Source of the DNA: Basidiobolus meristosporus CBS 931.73
Lineage: Eukaryota; Fungi; Basidiobolomycota
DNA: 64,000 bases
Reading direction: 5' to 3'
NCBI GenBank assembly: GCA_002104905.1
Contig: MCFE01000341.1
Span: forward strand, 1-64,000
Positions 45,222 through 57,400 of this stretch are shown piece after piece. The position numbers and the translations under genes were made by a program. Every line of letters starts with the position of its first letter. Positions within the stretch are counted from its first letter, which is position 1. The notes under the pieces were generated by a model that did not search any database, had not been told where the DNA came from, and saw only the letters and a list, made by a program, of their open reading frames with translations.

Positions 45222-47460
45222 CAAAGGAGATACCCAGGACCTTCTAAAGGCAATACCAACCTGCTTTGCAACTACAGCAAAAGGAAAGTACACTCATCAG
45301 ACCAGTGCTTCAAAAAGAGCTATAGTCCGCAAAAAAAGCCTGAATATGGAAATGCTGCAACAACAGAAGATAGACTATAGACTTGTTCCATTGGATAGTG
45401 CCACATTGAGCCATGAGTGCCAAATGATGCCATAGTGTGCCAGAGAGGCCAAGTGAGCCTATACTTGGCCACAGAGTGTGAAACATGGATCTGCATCTTC
45501 ATGCAAAGCAGCCCATGTGTTTCACCTATGATGCAGGAGAAAATCCAGTTTTTGATGTTTTTTTGTGGATCAATGTTATGCAGGATGTGTAAGAGCACAG
45601 AAGAACTGAAGACATGCATCAGGTACTCAATACCCATGGCACTCTGAATCTAGCTCCTGTGGCTTGTAACATGTCACCACAATGCATGGCACTATCTTGG
45701 TCCACTGGTACTATCTGACACTATATTTAATTATTAGCCCTAAAGTAAGATCTATACAAAGCACTTATAGTGCCAGATAGTACCTGTGGACCAAGATAGT
45801 GCCATGCATTGTTGTGACATGTTACAAGCCACAGGAGCTAGATTCAGAGTGTCATGGGTATTGAGTTCCAAATGCATATTTTCAATCCTTTTGTGCTCTT
45901 ACACATCCTGCACAACATTGACCTAAAAAAAAAGGTCAAAAAATGGATTTTCTCCAACACATTTGGTGAAATACAGGGGCTGCTTTGCATGAAGATGCAG
46001 ATCTATGTTTCACACTCTGTGGCCAAGTATAGGCTCACTTAGCCTCCCTAGCACACTATGGCATCATTAGGCACTCATGGCTCAATGTGGCACTATCCAA
46101 CGGAACAAGTCCTATTCATATCTGCACTAAATATGACCACAAATAAGGATTCTCAGATGTGGTATTTTGACTCTGGAGCATCTCAACACCTTATACACCA
46201 AAGAGAACTTTTTACCTAATACCAAGAAATTCCAAATAAGAAGGTTTTCATGGGTGACAATAGAACACTTGATGCAGTGGGAGAAGGAACAATCCAAGTA
46301 TATCTAAGAAGCCGCAAAGGAAGCCATACACTGACATTTAAACATGTACTCTATATACAAGAAATAGCCAATAGCCTACTATCAGTAAGCAAGGCCACAG
46401 CAGAAGAACTCAATTTCAGATTTGATAATTCTGGATACAGGATCACTGATAAAAGTGGTCCCCACATTGCATTGGGTATCATAGATCAGAATCTGTACAA
46501 GGTGACTTATATTCCATAGTATCTAGAAGCCAATATAAGTAACTTAAATGAAGAAATACTAATGCTTTGGCACAGGAGATTTATACACATCAATTTTGAT
46601 TATTTGCACAAGATGAGTATGGATCAGCTAATTTGCTGAGTAAAACTTGATGCTACAGCTAGTTTGGAGTGTTGTGAAGCCTGCATATATAGGAAACAAG
46701 CCAGACAACTGTTCAAGAGCTCTGGGCTTATCAAAATGAAGAAAAAACTGATCTAATTTACTCAGATCTATGTGGACCTATGCAAACTTCATCCTCAGGG
46801 GGGATGAAGTATTTGATAACTTCTATTGATGATTATACAAGATTCACATTGGTCTACCTCAAGGGAGGAAACAAAGAAGCTTTGTCCAAGCTCTGGGAGT
46901 TTAAAGCCATGGTGGTAAGAGAAACTGGTGAAAAAATTAACAAAATACACTCTGACAATGGTAAAAAATATATCTCAAAACTCTTGATCCACTTCTGCAA
47001 GATAAATTATATAGAGCAAGAGACAACTGTACCATACTCCCCACAGCAAAATGGATCAGCATAATGTGCAAACAGATCAATAAATGAAATGGCAAGATCT
47101 ATAATCCATGATCAAGATCTATCATATGATTTTTGAGTGGAATCAGTTGCCACAGCTGCATACCTTTAGAATAGGAGTTATAGCTGAATACTTTGGGATT
47201 CTACTCCATTTGAGGCATTGTATGAATACAGGTCAAGGGCATATCTTCTAAGGATATCTGGGTGTAAAGCATATGTCAAGAAACTGCTCAGAAATCAGTC
47301 AAAACTTGAGCCAAAAAGTATAAATGCATATTTTTGGGCTTCTGCAATGATAGTAAAGCATACAGACTCTACTCCAGAGCAAAGAAGCAGATCAAGTGCA
47401 GGGATGTGTTGTTTGATGAAAATTCAAAATTTGCAGAAAAAATGACATTTGATGTGCCAA
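45222..47460 (+). mobile_element. Copia element 4 remnant (gag 3' end, protease, integrase), host of element 3 and foldback Y2; its 5' part is at 39989-40125
   Basis: CNYSKRKVHSSDQC knuckle, MGDNRTLDAVGEGTIQV, SIDDYTRFTLVYL, TVPYSPQQNG; truncated before RT. Confidence 0.8.
45379..46112. mobile_element. Foldback/MITE-like element Y2, 734 bp
   Basis: Same family; arms 45379-45725 and 45766-46112. TSD TAT; the empty site agatagac-TAT-tcatatctgcac is present in element 1. Confidence 0.92.
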
Positions 47461-47727
47461 AATTATTGAGTAGTCACCTAAATACTAATAAGGTGCTGTG
47501 AACCATCAACCCCAATCTACTCAAGGAGATTCCTTGTTAAGCTTCTCTGCTATTACATAAACTATTGCCCTACAAGGTTCCATCCTACCATCCATGGCAA
47601 CAAAAGTCATAGAAGCTTTCATTCCCAGCTGACAGCAATGGAGAACCACCTTACAGAGGGTATGAATTATTTAATGCAAGCTTAGAATACTAGGTTTAGA
47701 AGCTCCAATAGACTTCCATATTGCAGA

Positions 47728-48470
47728 GTGTTCAGCAATAGGTTCCATATAAGGCATCTTTTGGATACCTTCCCAGTCAGGATTAACAGACCTTCCACAG
47801 GGGAGAGGCACTTTCATTCAGGCAAGTATAAGGTACACTGTGTGAAGTTTCAAGCAATATTTGACATTGAGGGTAACATCATCTGGTTTAGTGGGCCATT
47901 TGCTGGAAGTGGGCATGACAAATCACTGTGGGTAGAGAATCATCCAAAATTTGGAAGAGGGGGAAAAGTATGGCAGACCTAGCTTATAAAGGAGAGGATT
48001 GTCAGAGATATGGATGTATTACAGCTTATAGGAAGCCAAGGAATGGTGTGCTTAGCAGGAAGCAGAAGCTCTACAATGAGATATTTAATCATTTCAGGGT
48101 GAGTGTAGACCATACATTTGGATATCTGAAGGGACTCAGCATATTGGCAGGTAAATACAGAGGAAAGTCATATATTGGAGAAAACAGCAGAATAGATAAA
48201 ATAGCCAAGATACTTATCAGTGCATAGTATATTGGTACAAGAAGACATCCCCTGAGAGAAATGTGTCAGGAGCATTATGAAGAGTATATATAGCAAGGAA
48301 AGCACTGCTCTGAGCAACATAAGGAAGATTGAGTAAAAGTACCAGTAACTGTATTGCACCACTGGCATTATGGTAGAGATTAGAGTACCAGATAGTGTCA
48401 TAGAGTGCCAGATTGGTCCAGCACTATAAACAGGCTGGCACAATGTGGCACTATCCAACAGAACAAGCCT
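47728..48470 (+). mobile_element. Degenerate PIF/Harbinger/ISL2EU-like (PHIS, DDE_Tnp_4-type) transposase with right TIR
   Basis: LDTFPVRINRPS...HSGKYKVHCVKFQ...GPFAGSGHD, then a frameshift, then MADLAYKG...YNEIFNHFRVSVDHTFGYLK, an IS5/PHIS DDE layout. The end at 48440-48470 (caatgtggcactatccaacagaacaagcct|att) matches the Y-element TIR. Left end not found. Confidence 0.75.
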
Positions 48471-48642
48471 ATTATGCTGGTGCTCTATTGCTACCAAGGA
48501 AAAATGTGTAAATTCAGCAAATGAGGGTTCAAATCTACAATGAAGCACAGTGCTATATATATGCATATGACCTCAATTGACTACTAGAGAAGCTTTTTGA
48601 TAGGATATTATCCTGAATTGCAAAAAAAAATAGATCATTATT

Positions 48643-49373
48643 AGACTTGTTCCATTGGATAGTGCCACATTGAACCATGATTACCAAATTATGCCTTAGC
48701 ATGCTGGGGAGGCCAAGTGTACCTATACTTGCCCACAGAGTGTAAAGTATATTTATTCATCATCATGCAAAGCAGCCCGCATGTTTCATCCATTGTGCAG
48801 GAGAAAATCCATTTTTTGACCTGTTTTTTGGGATGAATGTTGTGCATAATCTGTAAGAAGACTGAAAGACTGAAGACATGCATCTGGTACTCAGTACCTA
48901 TGGTACTCTGAATCTGGCTCCTGTGGCTTGTGACATGTTACAAAAATGTATGGCACCATCTTGGCCTACTGGCACTATCTGGCACAATAAGTGCATTGTA
49001 TAGGTTTTACTTTGGGGCTACTATTTAAACATAGTGCCTGATGGTGCCAGTGGGCCACAATGATGCATGCATTTTTGTGACATGTAGCAAGCCACAGGAG
49101 CTAGATACAGAGTACCATGGGTATTGAGTACCAGATGTATGTCATCAATCCTTCTGTGCTCTTATACATCATGCACAGTATTGATCTAAAAAAAAGGGCA
49201 AAAATTAATTTTCTCCTGCACAGTGGGTGAAACACAAGGGTGGCCTTGCACAAAGATAAAGCTATATTCTTCACACTCAGTGGCCAAGTATATGTCTACT
49301 AGGCCTCCTGGACACGCCAAGGCATTATTTCGCCCTGATGGCTCAATGTGGCACTATCCAGCAGAACAAGTCT
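48643..49373. mobile_element. Foldback/MITE-like element Y3, 731 bp, spacer inverted relative to Y1/Y2
   Basis: Ends AGACTTG...CAAGTCT; TSD ATT at 48640-48642 and 49374-49376; arms more decayed than Y1/Y2. Confidence 0.88.
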
Positions 49374-51929
49374 ATTGAATGATTGCCAGAGGAAGATTTC
49401 ACAAAATCTTTTACTGCTCAGAATAAGGCTGACAATGCAGGTACTGGAGCTCTCAACCACCATTTTGGAGTATCTATTAATGGAAAAAGATCTCAGAAAC
49501 AAGCTCCCTCAATTGTCATGATCCTACCAATATATAATACATATATATCCACCTGGAGTACGGATATGTACTACACAATCCTATAGAAGAATGCTACACT
49601 TGTATCAAGTGTTTTGATCCTAAAACCAATGTTCTAAGAGCTAATTATGAAGCTGTCAGACATGCTATCACTCTGTTTAAGTCTCAAATAGTGGGAGAAA
49701 GTATTAAAATAACTTGGCAAAATCAACTCAGAAGATTCTACCACCAGCCAGAAAGAGTGAAGCCAATTATTGCAAGCCTGATTGGAGTATACATTAAGCA
49801 ACAGATGGCTGGTATACAGCTAACAGCCACTCAGAAGATAGCATAGTATTTTATACTTGTTATGTATATATCATTTATTACCGGGGGAAACCACTTGGTG
49901 ACATTTGTTTCTCTGGATCAGATCAGAAGAATTGTGTTTGATCAAATCACTACCATGCTCTGCATCTCAAAAAGCTGATATATTGGATTCTGATACCAAA
50001 GTACTGATGAAACTAGCTTTTAAATGCGGCTTGTTTGATCAAGTTTGGTCAACTCTTTTTGAAGTTATGATTAATCTATGCAGATGCCCATTGTGATTAT
50101 ATCACCCTCAAATTGTTGTATATTCTGGACTAATGATGTCATAAAGACTTCAATGCTAAGCCACACTGTAGTACCTCATGTAAGAAAGTCCAGAACCATC
50201 TCATAAAAGGAATTTCCCTAGGATCACCAGCAGAAAAAAGAAAAAGAAGAAAAAGGAAAATACTACTGCTGCAAATTAGGGTACTTCCCAAATGGAGCCA
50301 AAGCCTATGAAGGCTATATTTGGACTATCTGGCAATTCAGATATACTTCATAGAGCCTTTTGTACAAGGTTCCCAAGCCAGAAACCCCAGGAGAGCCTTG
50401 AAACTTCAATGGGATCTGTCAGATATTGCAGTATATATCAGTGCAGATTATATAATGCAGAAGTCTTGATGTCTGCTGTTTATGGAGCTCAAAGTGAATG
50501 GTGCAAGGATCAAGCAAATACTTTTTACGAGTTATGAAGACACTGAGAAGATCAGTTAGCCTTGCAAACCAAGCTCATGGCTGAAATAACTATCAGGAGA
50601 ATAAGGATAATCAAAGCCTTTGTTAAGGAGAATCTCACTTGTAGAAAAGTGCCAGTATCTACTCTACAAGTGTATTCTGATAAGACAAAAGCAGCCATAT
50701 CAATTTAAATCAGTTGAAGTACTCTTAGAGTAGCTATAAAACAACCTATGGTACTTTCAGATACCAATCTGGGTAAATCAAGAAGCAGATGGACTTTGAA
50801 CCTACTGTAAATGAAGTAATCAGTCCAATGAAAGCCACTGCTACTTAAGGAAGACAAAGATGACCATTCTAGATCATTTCTGTGGATCTGAATCACTAAA
50901 CATACATGGCTCAAGTGGGGGCAGACCATTACAGCACAGTGTTGAGCAAAAACCTTTATTTTTTTTGGCCATGTTGTATGTGACTTAATGCCAGGAAATG
51001 AGGATAATGCAGATCAGACATAAATGACAAGACCTAACTTGGCTCAATATAGATCATTTCTTTTACCTCATATGGAGTCTATATGATTGAAGTAACTATC
51101 CCTGAGCCTAATATAGACATAGAGTGAAGTTGTTTAAATGAGTTAGACTTTTGCCCAGAAATAAGGAAGCTTCTGATCTGTTGTGAATGACAAGTCCTAA
51201 CTTGACCAAAAGTGGGTCAATTATGCTCAGATACAAAGCATTTGATAGCCCAGAGGCTATACCAAATTATTTGATACAAGTTAGTTTGTTATATAAAAAT
51301 ACCACCAACGTCTCTAAACATTCCCAACATTCCACACACCATCTTTTAAAAAATTATATTTATTTATGCAAATCAACATATGACAGAAAATTATCACATT
51401 TAATTGTGGCATTATTTCTCTGTGTTGTACAACCACATCCTATAACTCTCCATTGTCTGCCTATTTGGTAAATACACTATCTTGTCCCCAGAACTCCTCC
51501 AAAATTTCTCCTTCAACCCCAAATTCTTCCTTATGCAATTCATGAAATTAAGATGCTCCTTAAGTGGATTCCACGGCTGATAACATCAATATCTTCCACA
51601 ATGGTCTGGAAAAGCATTTGGTTATCGTATCATCTTCCCATTGTACAGCCAGGCTATTGAATACTGACAATAAGACCTGGCCTATTATTCAAGCCCATAC
51701 AACTGATCAAAGTTGATGATTAGTATTTTGATCAGATCACTGTGATGTTTAGGCATACTATTAATTAGAAATGCACATTGAATTACAAGTTACTAATTCA
51801 ACTAAGTTGAACTCACATATATATACTGTTTAATAATATATTAGTCCAGTATGCAACACATTTGAATCTTTGTACACTAATTACAGATTGTACAGTCTCA
51901 TATGTATTTATTACTTGTGTTTATTTTGT

Positions 51930-52270
51930 TGAGTGGGAGTGTTGTAATCATTAACTTGTCACCTAAATATTCATGCTAGCTTAGTCATATATATCTTACT
52001 CTTTGATTATCATTCTGTCCTGACCAAATTTCTTGTTTGGATTTACTTGAAATATTTTCACCAAATTATCAGGTACCCTGATTTTTAACTTTCTCAAAGT
52101 TGTCCAATAGCCCCCAGACTTTGCGCACATATTCTTGTGACCTTCCTTAGCAAACTCTACACATTTGTTTGCTCTACTTCATCAAAAGTATGAATACCAT
52201 ACTTTAAATCAATAAATTTACAAGTGAGTAGCTTGTAAAACCTCTAATTCTTCACATCAATTCCAATACC
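51930..52270 (+). repeat. Copia PPT plus LTR (LTR-B subfamily), 3'-truncated
   Basis: TGAGTGGGAG followed by TGTTGTAATC... at 51940; similar to the LTR at 29740-30442. Confidence 0.75.
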
Positions 52271-52429
52271 TTATGAAAAATTATTGAGATGATCCCACCA
52301 AAAGGCCATCACAAAGCTAAAGTCCTGTGACTTAGAGGTACCAATCTTGTTGGGACACTGTCCAGAGACTGTTAAAAAATAATTGCACCCCAGATTTCAC
52401 AAAACACTTCAAAATTTTTCATCACAACA

Positions 52430-54427
52430 ATTTATAAGTGGCTTTTGATTGGTTCCTCCCAGTTTGTTCACATTCTGTTCCTGGACACTCTATTGCATCC
52501 TATGTTTGAGTTAATTGATTGGCTATTGCCTCTTTGTCACACTCCTTACTTCCTGACTCAACCATTTCTCTTACTTTTCATGCATACAAATTGATATATT
52601 TCTGTTGAAACTTCAGTTGTACCTCAATTGCCAGTTGTATTGACCTATACAAGTCCCTATACCCTACACTAACATTAAGCCCAACCCCACATTTAACAAG
52701 TAACTCCATTAAAATCCGCCACTCAATAAGTATTTCAGCTCTAATGCTCTTGTTCCACAACTTTGACAGGAACCCAACAGCTTTATGCCACTGTTCATTC
52801 ACTGGTTCCCACACATCCTGGTCTTCAGCCAGCACTGCAAGGTCTAGCCCCTCATCTGCCAGTCTTTGCAATAAATCATTGCAATATTCCAGTGTGTATT
52901 CTTGAGCACTGCTCTTGAAGAAGTGCTGCAACCTCTTGGTGTGCCTATTAATGCTCCAAAACTCCACTGAAGGCATTGTGATAGTCATTCAAGCTCTCGA
53001 CATTATAGCCTTGTCTGTCAGTGGCATTTCCACTGTATCAACAATGGGGGATGTGCAGGCTGTGGTAGGCAAATTGTCTTTTTCAGCAAACTCATCTACC
53101 TTGCAGGAGTGTAGCTCAACAGGCTGCACACCCAACTCTTGTGGAAACAGCTGTTTTCTTGTTGGTAATTTTTCTTCACTATGATGGGACTCAGTCTGTT
53201 CCTGTCTTGCGGCATTAATCGGCAAGAACTGCAGTTTCTCTTGCATGCCTCCCTGTCTCAGGCTTAGGTAGACATTGTTCCCTTTACCTTTTCCTATATC
53301 ACTGCCAGGTCTCTCACTACTACTTTGTCCAAGTACTTCTTGTGAAGAACTACATTTTATCCTGGATAAATTCTGCTCTGATGCATCTGTTTTGGCCTGC
53401 TTGTCCCTGGCGGGCACTCTTCTAGCATCCTGACATTTCTTTTCCGCTTGTTTTGAGCTCTCAACTGTAGTTGTGACAGGCTCCTTGAAAGCAGCTGGTT
53501 TTTATCACTGCCAGGTCCTTCACTGCTACTTTAACTGGGTGCTTCTTGAGTGATACTACACTTTTTCCTTGATAAACATTGTGCTGGTGCATCCATGTCT
53601 GCCTGCTTGTCCCTAATTGGCACTCTTCCAGCTACCTGCTGTCTCTTTGATGCTTGTCTGGAGCTTTGGGCCCTGCTTGTAAAGGGCTCTTGAGGAAGGC
53701 ACTGTTTTTTAGCCATGGCACCTTTATTCTTCTGCCTCAGATAGTTTCTGCTATTCTTAAGATACCTTCTTGGCATACCAATGCTGGCGCAAAATTTGTT
53801 TGCCTGTTTGAATCCAGGATAATGCTCATGGAACAAGTTAAGTGCATTCTGCTTGGCCTTGAGTTCCTGATGATCCCATGGTATTCTGGTCTAAAGGTGA
53901 TAGCATGCTAGACTTCTGATGGCCTCCTGTATATTTGCCAACTCTTCATTATTGCACTCAACTGCTTCACGGATCTTCAGTGTCTTTTGATTTTTAGGCT
54001 TTGGTATAAACACCACATTATCTCCCTCCCACGCTGTGATAGGTTTTTCTGTGGGCTTTATCTTTGGGCACTATTGTTGTACTTCAAAGACTGTATGGTG
54101 TTCCTCTGCTGTTACATTGGGAAATGGCTCAATTCTTGGCTGTGACATTGAGCTACTTGAGTTCCTTCTTTGCAGCAAAGATAATGCTTTCTCTATCTGG
54201 GATATTGATTGCTCTACCCATATTGTCCACTCATCCTGCTTCTGGACTATTTCCTGATTTCTCTGGGCCATTGCATCCATTCTATCAGCCACTGCACCTA
54301 ATTGCTTCATTAATGCTTTGGTATGAGCTGAAAACATACTTGCTAATATGAGTGGTGAGGATGTTATCATGGCCACTAGCTTATCTTTAACTGAGGGTAC
54401 TGCATTTATCCCATTTGTCTTACCCAA
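52430..54427 (-). pseudogene. Family X copy 1: disrupted ORF of unknown function
   Basis: Consecutive ORF fragments 54427-54071, 53836-53531, 53417-52989 and 52988-52578; homologous to 60340-61160, 61480-62110 and 28410-28560. Confidence 0.6.
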
Positions 54428-57400
54428 TCAGTACTATCCCAGAAGCCAGTTGACTATCACACCTGCTTACCTTATTGCATCAGTTACCCCTCTCTTTATG
54501 TAAGATTACTAGCTATAAGTGCTTCTATATTAAGCAAGTACCCGCACCAGTACCTGTGACACATGATAAACCTGTGTCACCATCCCAACCATTTCTATAC
54601 CATATATGGTATCTCTATGTTATGCAGGTTTCAGAATACTGATTCCTGATTGGTTGGATGTGCTGTGCCTTTTAGAACCTTCTAGAGCATTCTTGCCATA
54701 TTTTTAGCTCATAGTGATGTCATCAAGAATTCCACTGATGCCTAGAATCTTCTAGAACCTTGTCATTAGTAATCACTTGGCAATCAGTAAAAGTATTTAG
54801 GGAAAGCAATCCCTCATCAGCAAATCTTCTCTTCTATCAGTAACACTTCTCCCTTATTGATCAGCAGTTGATCACTGCACCTGCCTTCAACAGTACATCT
54901 CAGACCTGCCATCAAGGAGCTTTTCAGGGTGGTGCACAAGACACACAGAGGCCTTTGGAGACACTTGGAGCACCTAAGAAGCTAGAGAAGCAGGAGCTTT
55001 TACCATAGTGACATATTGACAAAGACACCAGCAGTTTAGACACAGAGGTTATTGCACCCATCAGATACCTCACACACCTTGAGTTGTGTAGCTTCTCCCA
55101 GGAGTACCTCTACACCACCACAATGCTGAACCTAGTACATACTTTTGTTAAGATGCCAACTAAGTTGGGGATTGTAGCTCAATAGTTTTCCCTTGACAAG
55201 CTTGTGGCTTTATTCCCCTTCACATTAGATTAGAGACAGAACCCAAGTGTCCCTATCAAGCTTTTGCAAGAGGTTATTGCACCCAGTTAACACCCCACAC
55301 ACAAAACACTTGAGAAGTGTTGGACATATCTCTCCCTTGGACTTATACACCACCACAGCAGTGGGGTTTGGTTGGGAGCCAGACAACTTTGCTTTATTTT
55401 TGGTGGCATATGTATGAAAGTGAGTCAAACCAAAGGGGAAATGGTGCTACATATATGTGTGTATGTGATCTAGTCCACTCCATGGTGTAGTGCACAAGTT
55501 CCCTATTGAGGTACAAGCAATCAAGGTCTAGCTTCCCCTCTTCATCTGCCAGAAGGCAAACTTTGACCTTCTGCTAGGTAGACCATGGGAAACCAGTACC
55601 AAGGCTACAACTACCAACTATTCCAATGGGTCAGTATGGCACACCATACAAGGATCCAGCCAAGGACTACAGTCAACCTTCCCTGGTGTAGCACCCAACA
55701 ATAAGAGGACACATACTGCTTGCCAGAAGGCACATCTTGTTATAGAAGAAGACAAGGAGCCCAACAATATAGACCCCAAAATTTGGAGCTGCTCATTAGG
55801 TATACAGGAGCAGATGGCTTTGGTTCAAACAAAATACAAGACAGTAGAACAGAAGATTAAACCATCACTTACACCTTTGACTGATGGATCTTGACCTGCT
55901 GATTACATTAGACCACCAGAAGACACACCAGAGGATATACAACTTACACCTGAGAGACTTAAGCAACTTATCATTGGTGATGGAAACCTAACACAAGAGG
56001 AGATACTATTATTTAAAGAGACCTTGAAAAGGCATGATAAGGTCTTCTCATATAATGACAAGGAGATGGGACTCTTAAAGACATTGGTTGAAAAACCCAT
56101 CAAGATTCATACTGTGCCCCACACACCCTGGTCATTTAAGCCTTACCCACTGCCCAGAAGACTCCAAGCTGATGTGCATGACCTACTTAAGAAGAAGATA
56201 GAAGCTGGTATCCTAGAACCTTGCCATGGACCTTATGCTAACAGATGGTTTGTGACCAAAAAGAAGAATGGAAAGCTCTGATTTGTTCAAGGCATGCAAC
56301 CTGCAAATGCTGTCACTATCAGAGATGCTGCTATACTTCCATCTATTAATGACTTTGCAGAAAGCTTTAGTGTCCACTCCATATACTCAGCATATGATCT
56401 CTACTCAGGATATGACCAGATTCCCCTTGATGAGACATCAAGAGATATGCTTGCACTACAGACACCATTTGGACTTTTAAGGATGACAAGACTCAGCCAA
56501 GGGGCTACAAACTCTGTGGCTCAGTTCCAGAGATGCATGGTGAATGTGCTGTACCAGTTTATACCTGAGAAACTTGCTGTCTTTGTTGATGACATAGGCA
56601 TCAAGGGACCAAAAACCCAGAACACCACTGAAGTTATGCCTGGAGTAAGAAAGTTTATCTATGACCATATTTCAGACAATGATGCCATATTAGCAGCCAT
56701 TGAAGAAGCTGGACCCACCATCAGTGGTGAGAAAAGCAGCTTTGGTGTATCAGAGATATCCATTGTTGGACAAAAATGCAACACCTTTGGTTGTTCCCCT
56801 GGAGACTCCAAGACATAAAAGATATGCAACTGGCCTGCCCCCAAAAATCTAACACAAGCTTGTGGCTTTGTAGCAGCTTGTGGGTTCTTTAGGATCTGGA
56901 TCCCAAGATTTTCCAAGATAGCAGAACCAATCTACTGACTACAAAGAAAGAGTACCCCATTTATCTGGGGAGAAAAGCAAGAAGAAGCCATGCAATTACT
57001 GAAAGAGGCCTAAGTATCTCCACCAGTTATAAGACCTCTTGACTATCAGAACACTGAATGGCCACTTATTTTGACAGTGGATGCAAGCCCTGTAGGGGCT
57101 GGAGCACTACTTGGCCAAGATGATAAAGATGGCAACCACTATGCCTGCAGATATGAGAGCTGCCTATTCTCTCCTAGAGAACAAAGATACTCACAGAGTA
57201 AGAGAGAGCTACTAGGAGTTGTGAAAATGCTGAGGAAACTGAAGTCACAACTCTACATGACACATTTCATCCTGGAGACAGATGCCAAGCCACTTATAGG
57301 AATGATCAACAAGCCTGACCTACCTGATGATGCCACAAACCAATGGATGGCATGGCTGAAAATGTTTTACTTTGAGGTCAGACATATCCCTGGCAAGACA

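Noticed and set aside
50520-50640. Peptide LQTKLMAEITIRRIRIIKAFVKE, faintly like an ABC transporter TMD
   Set aside because: Too short, flanked by stops, and no other ABC motif nearby.
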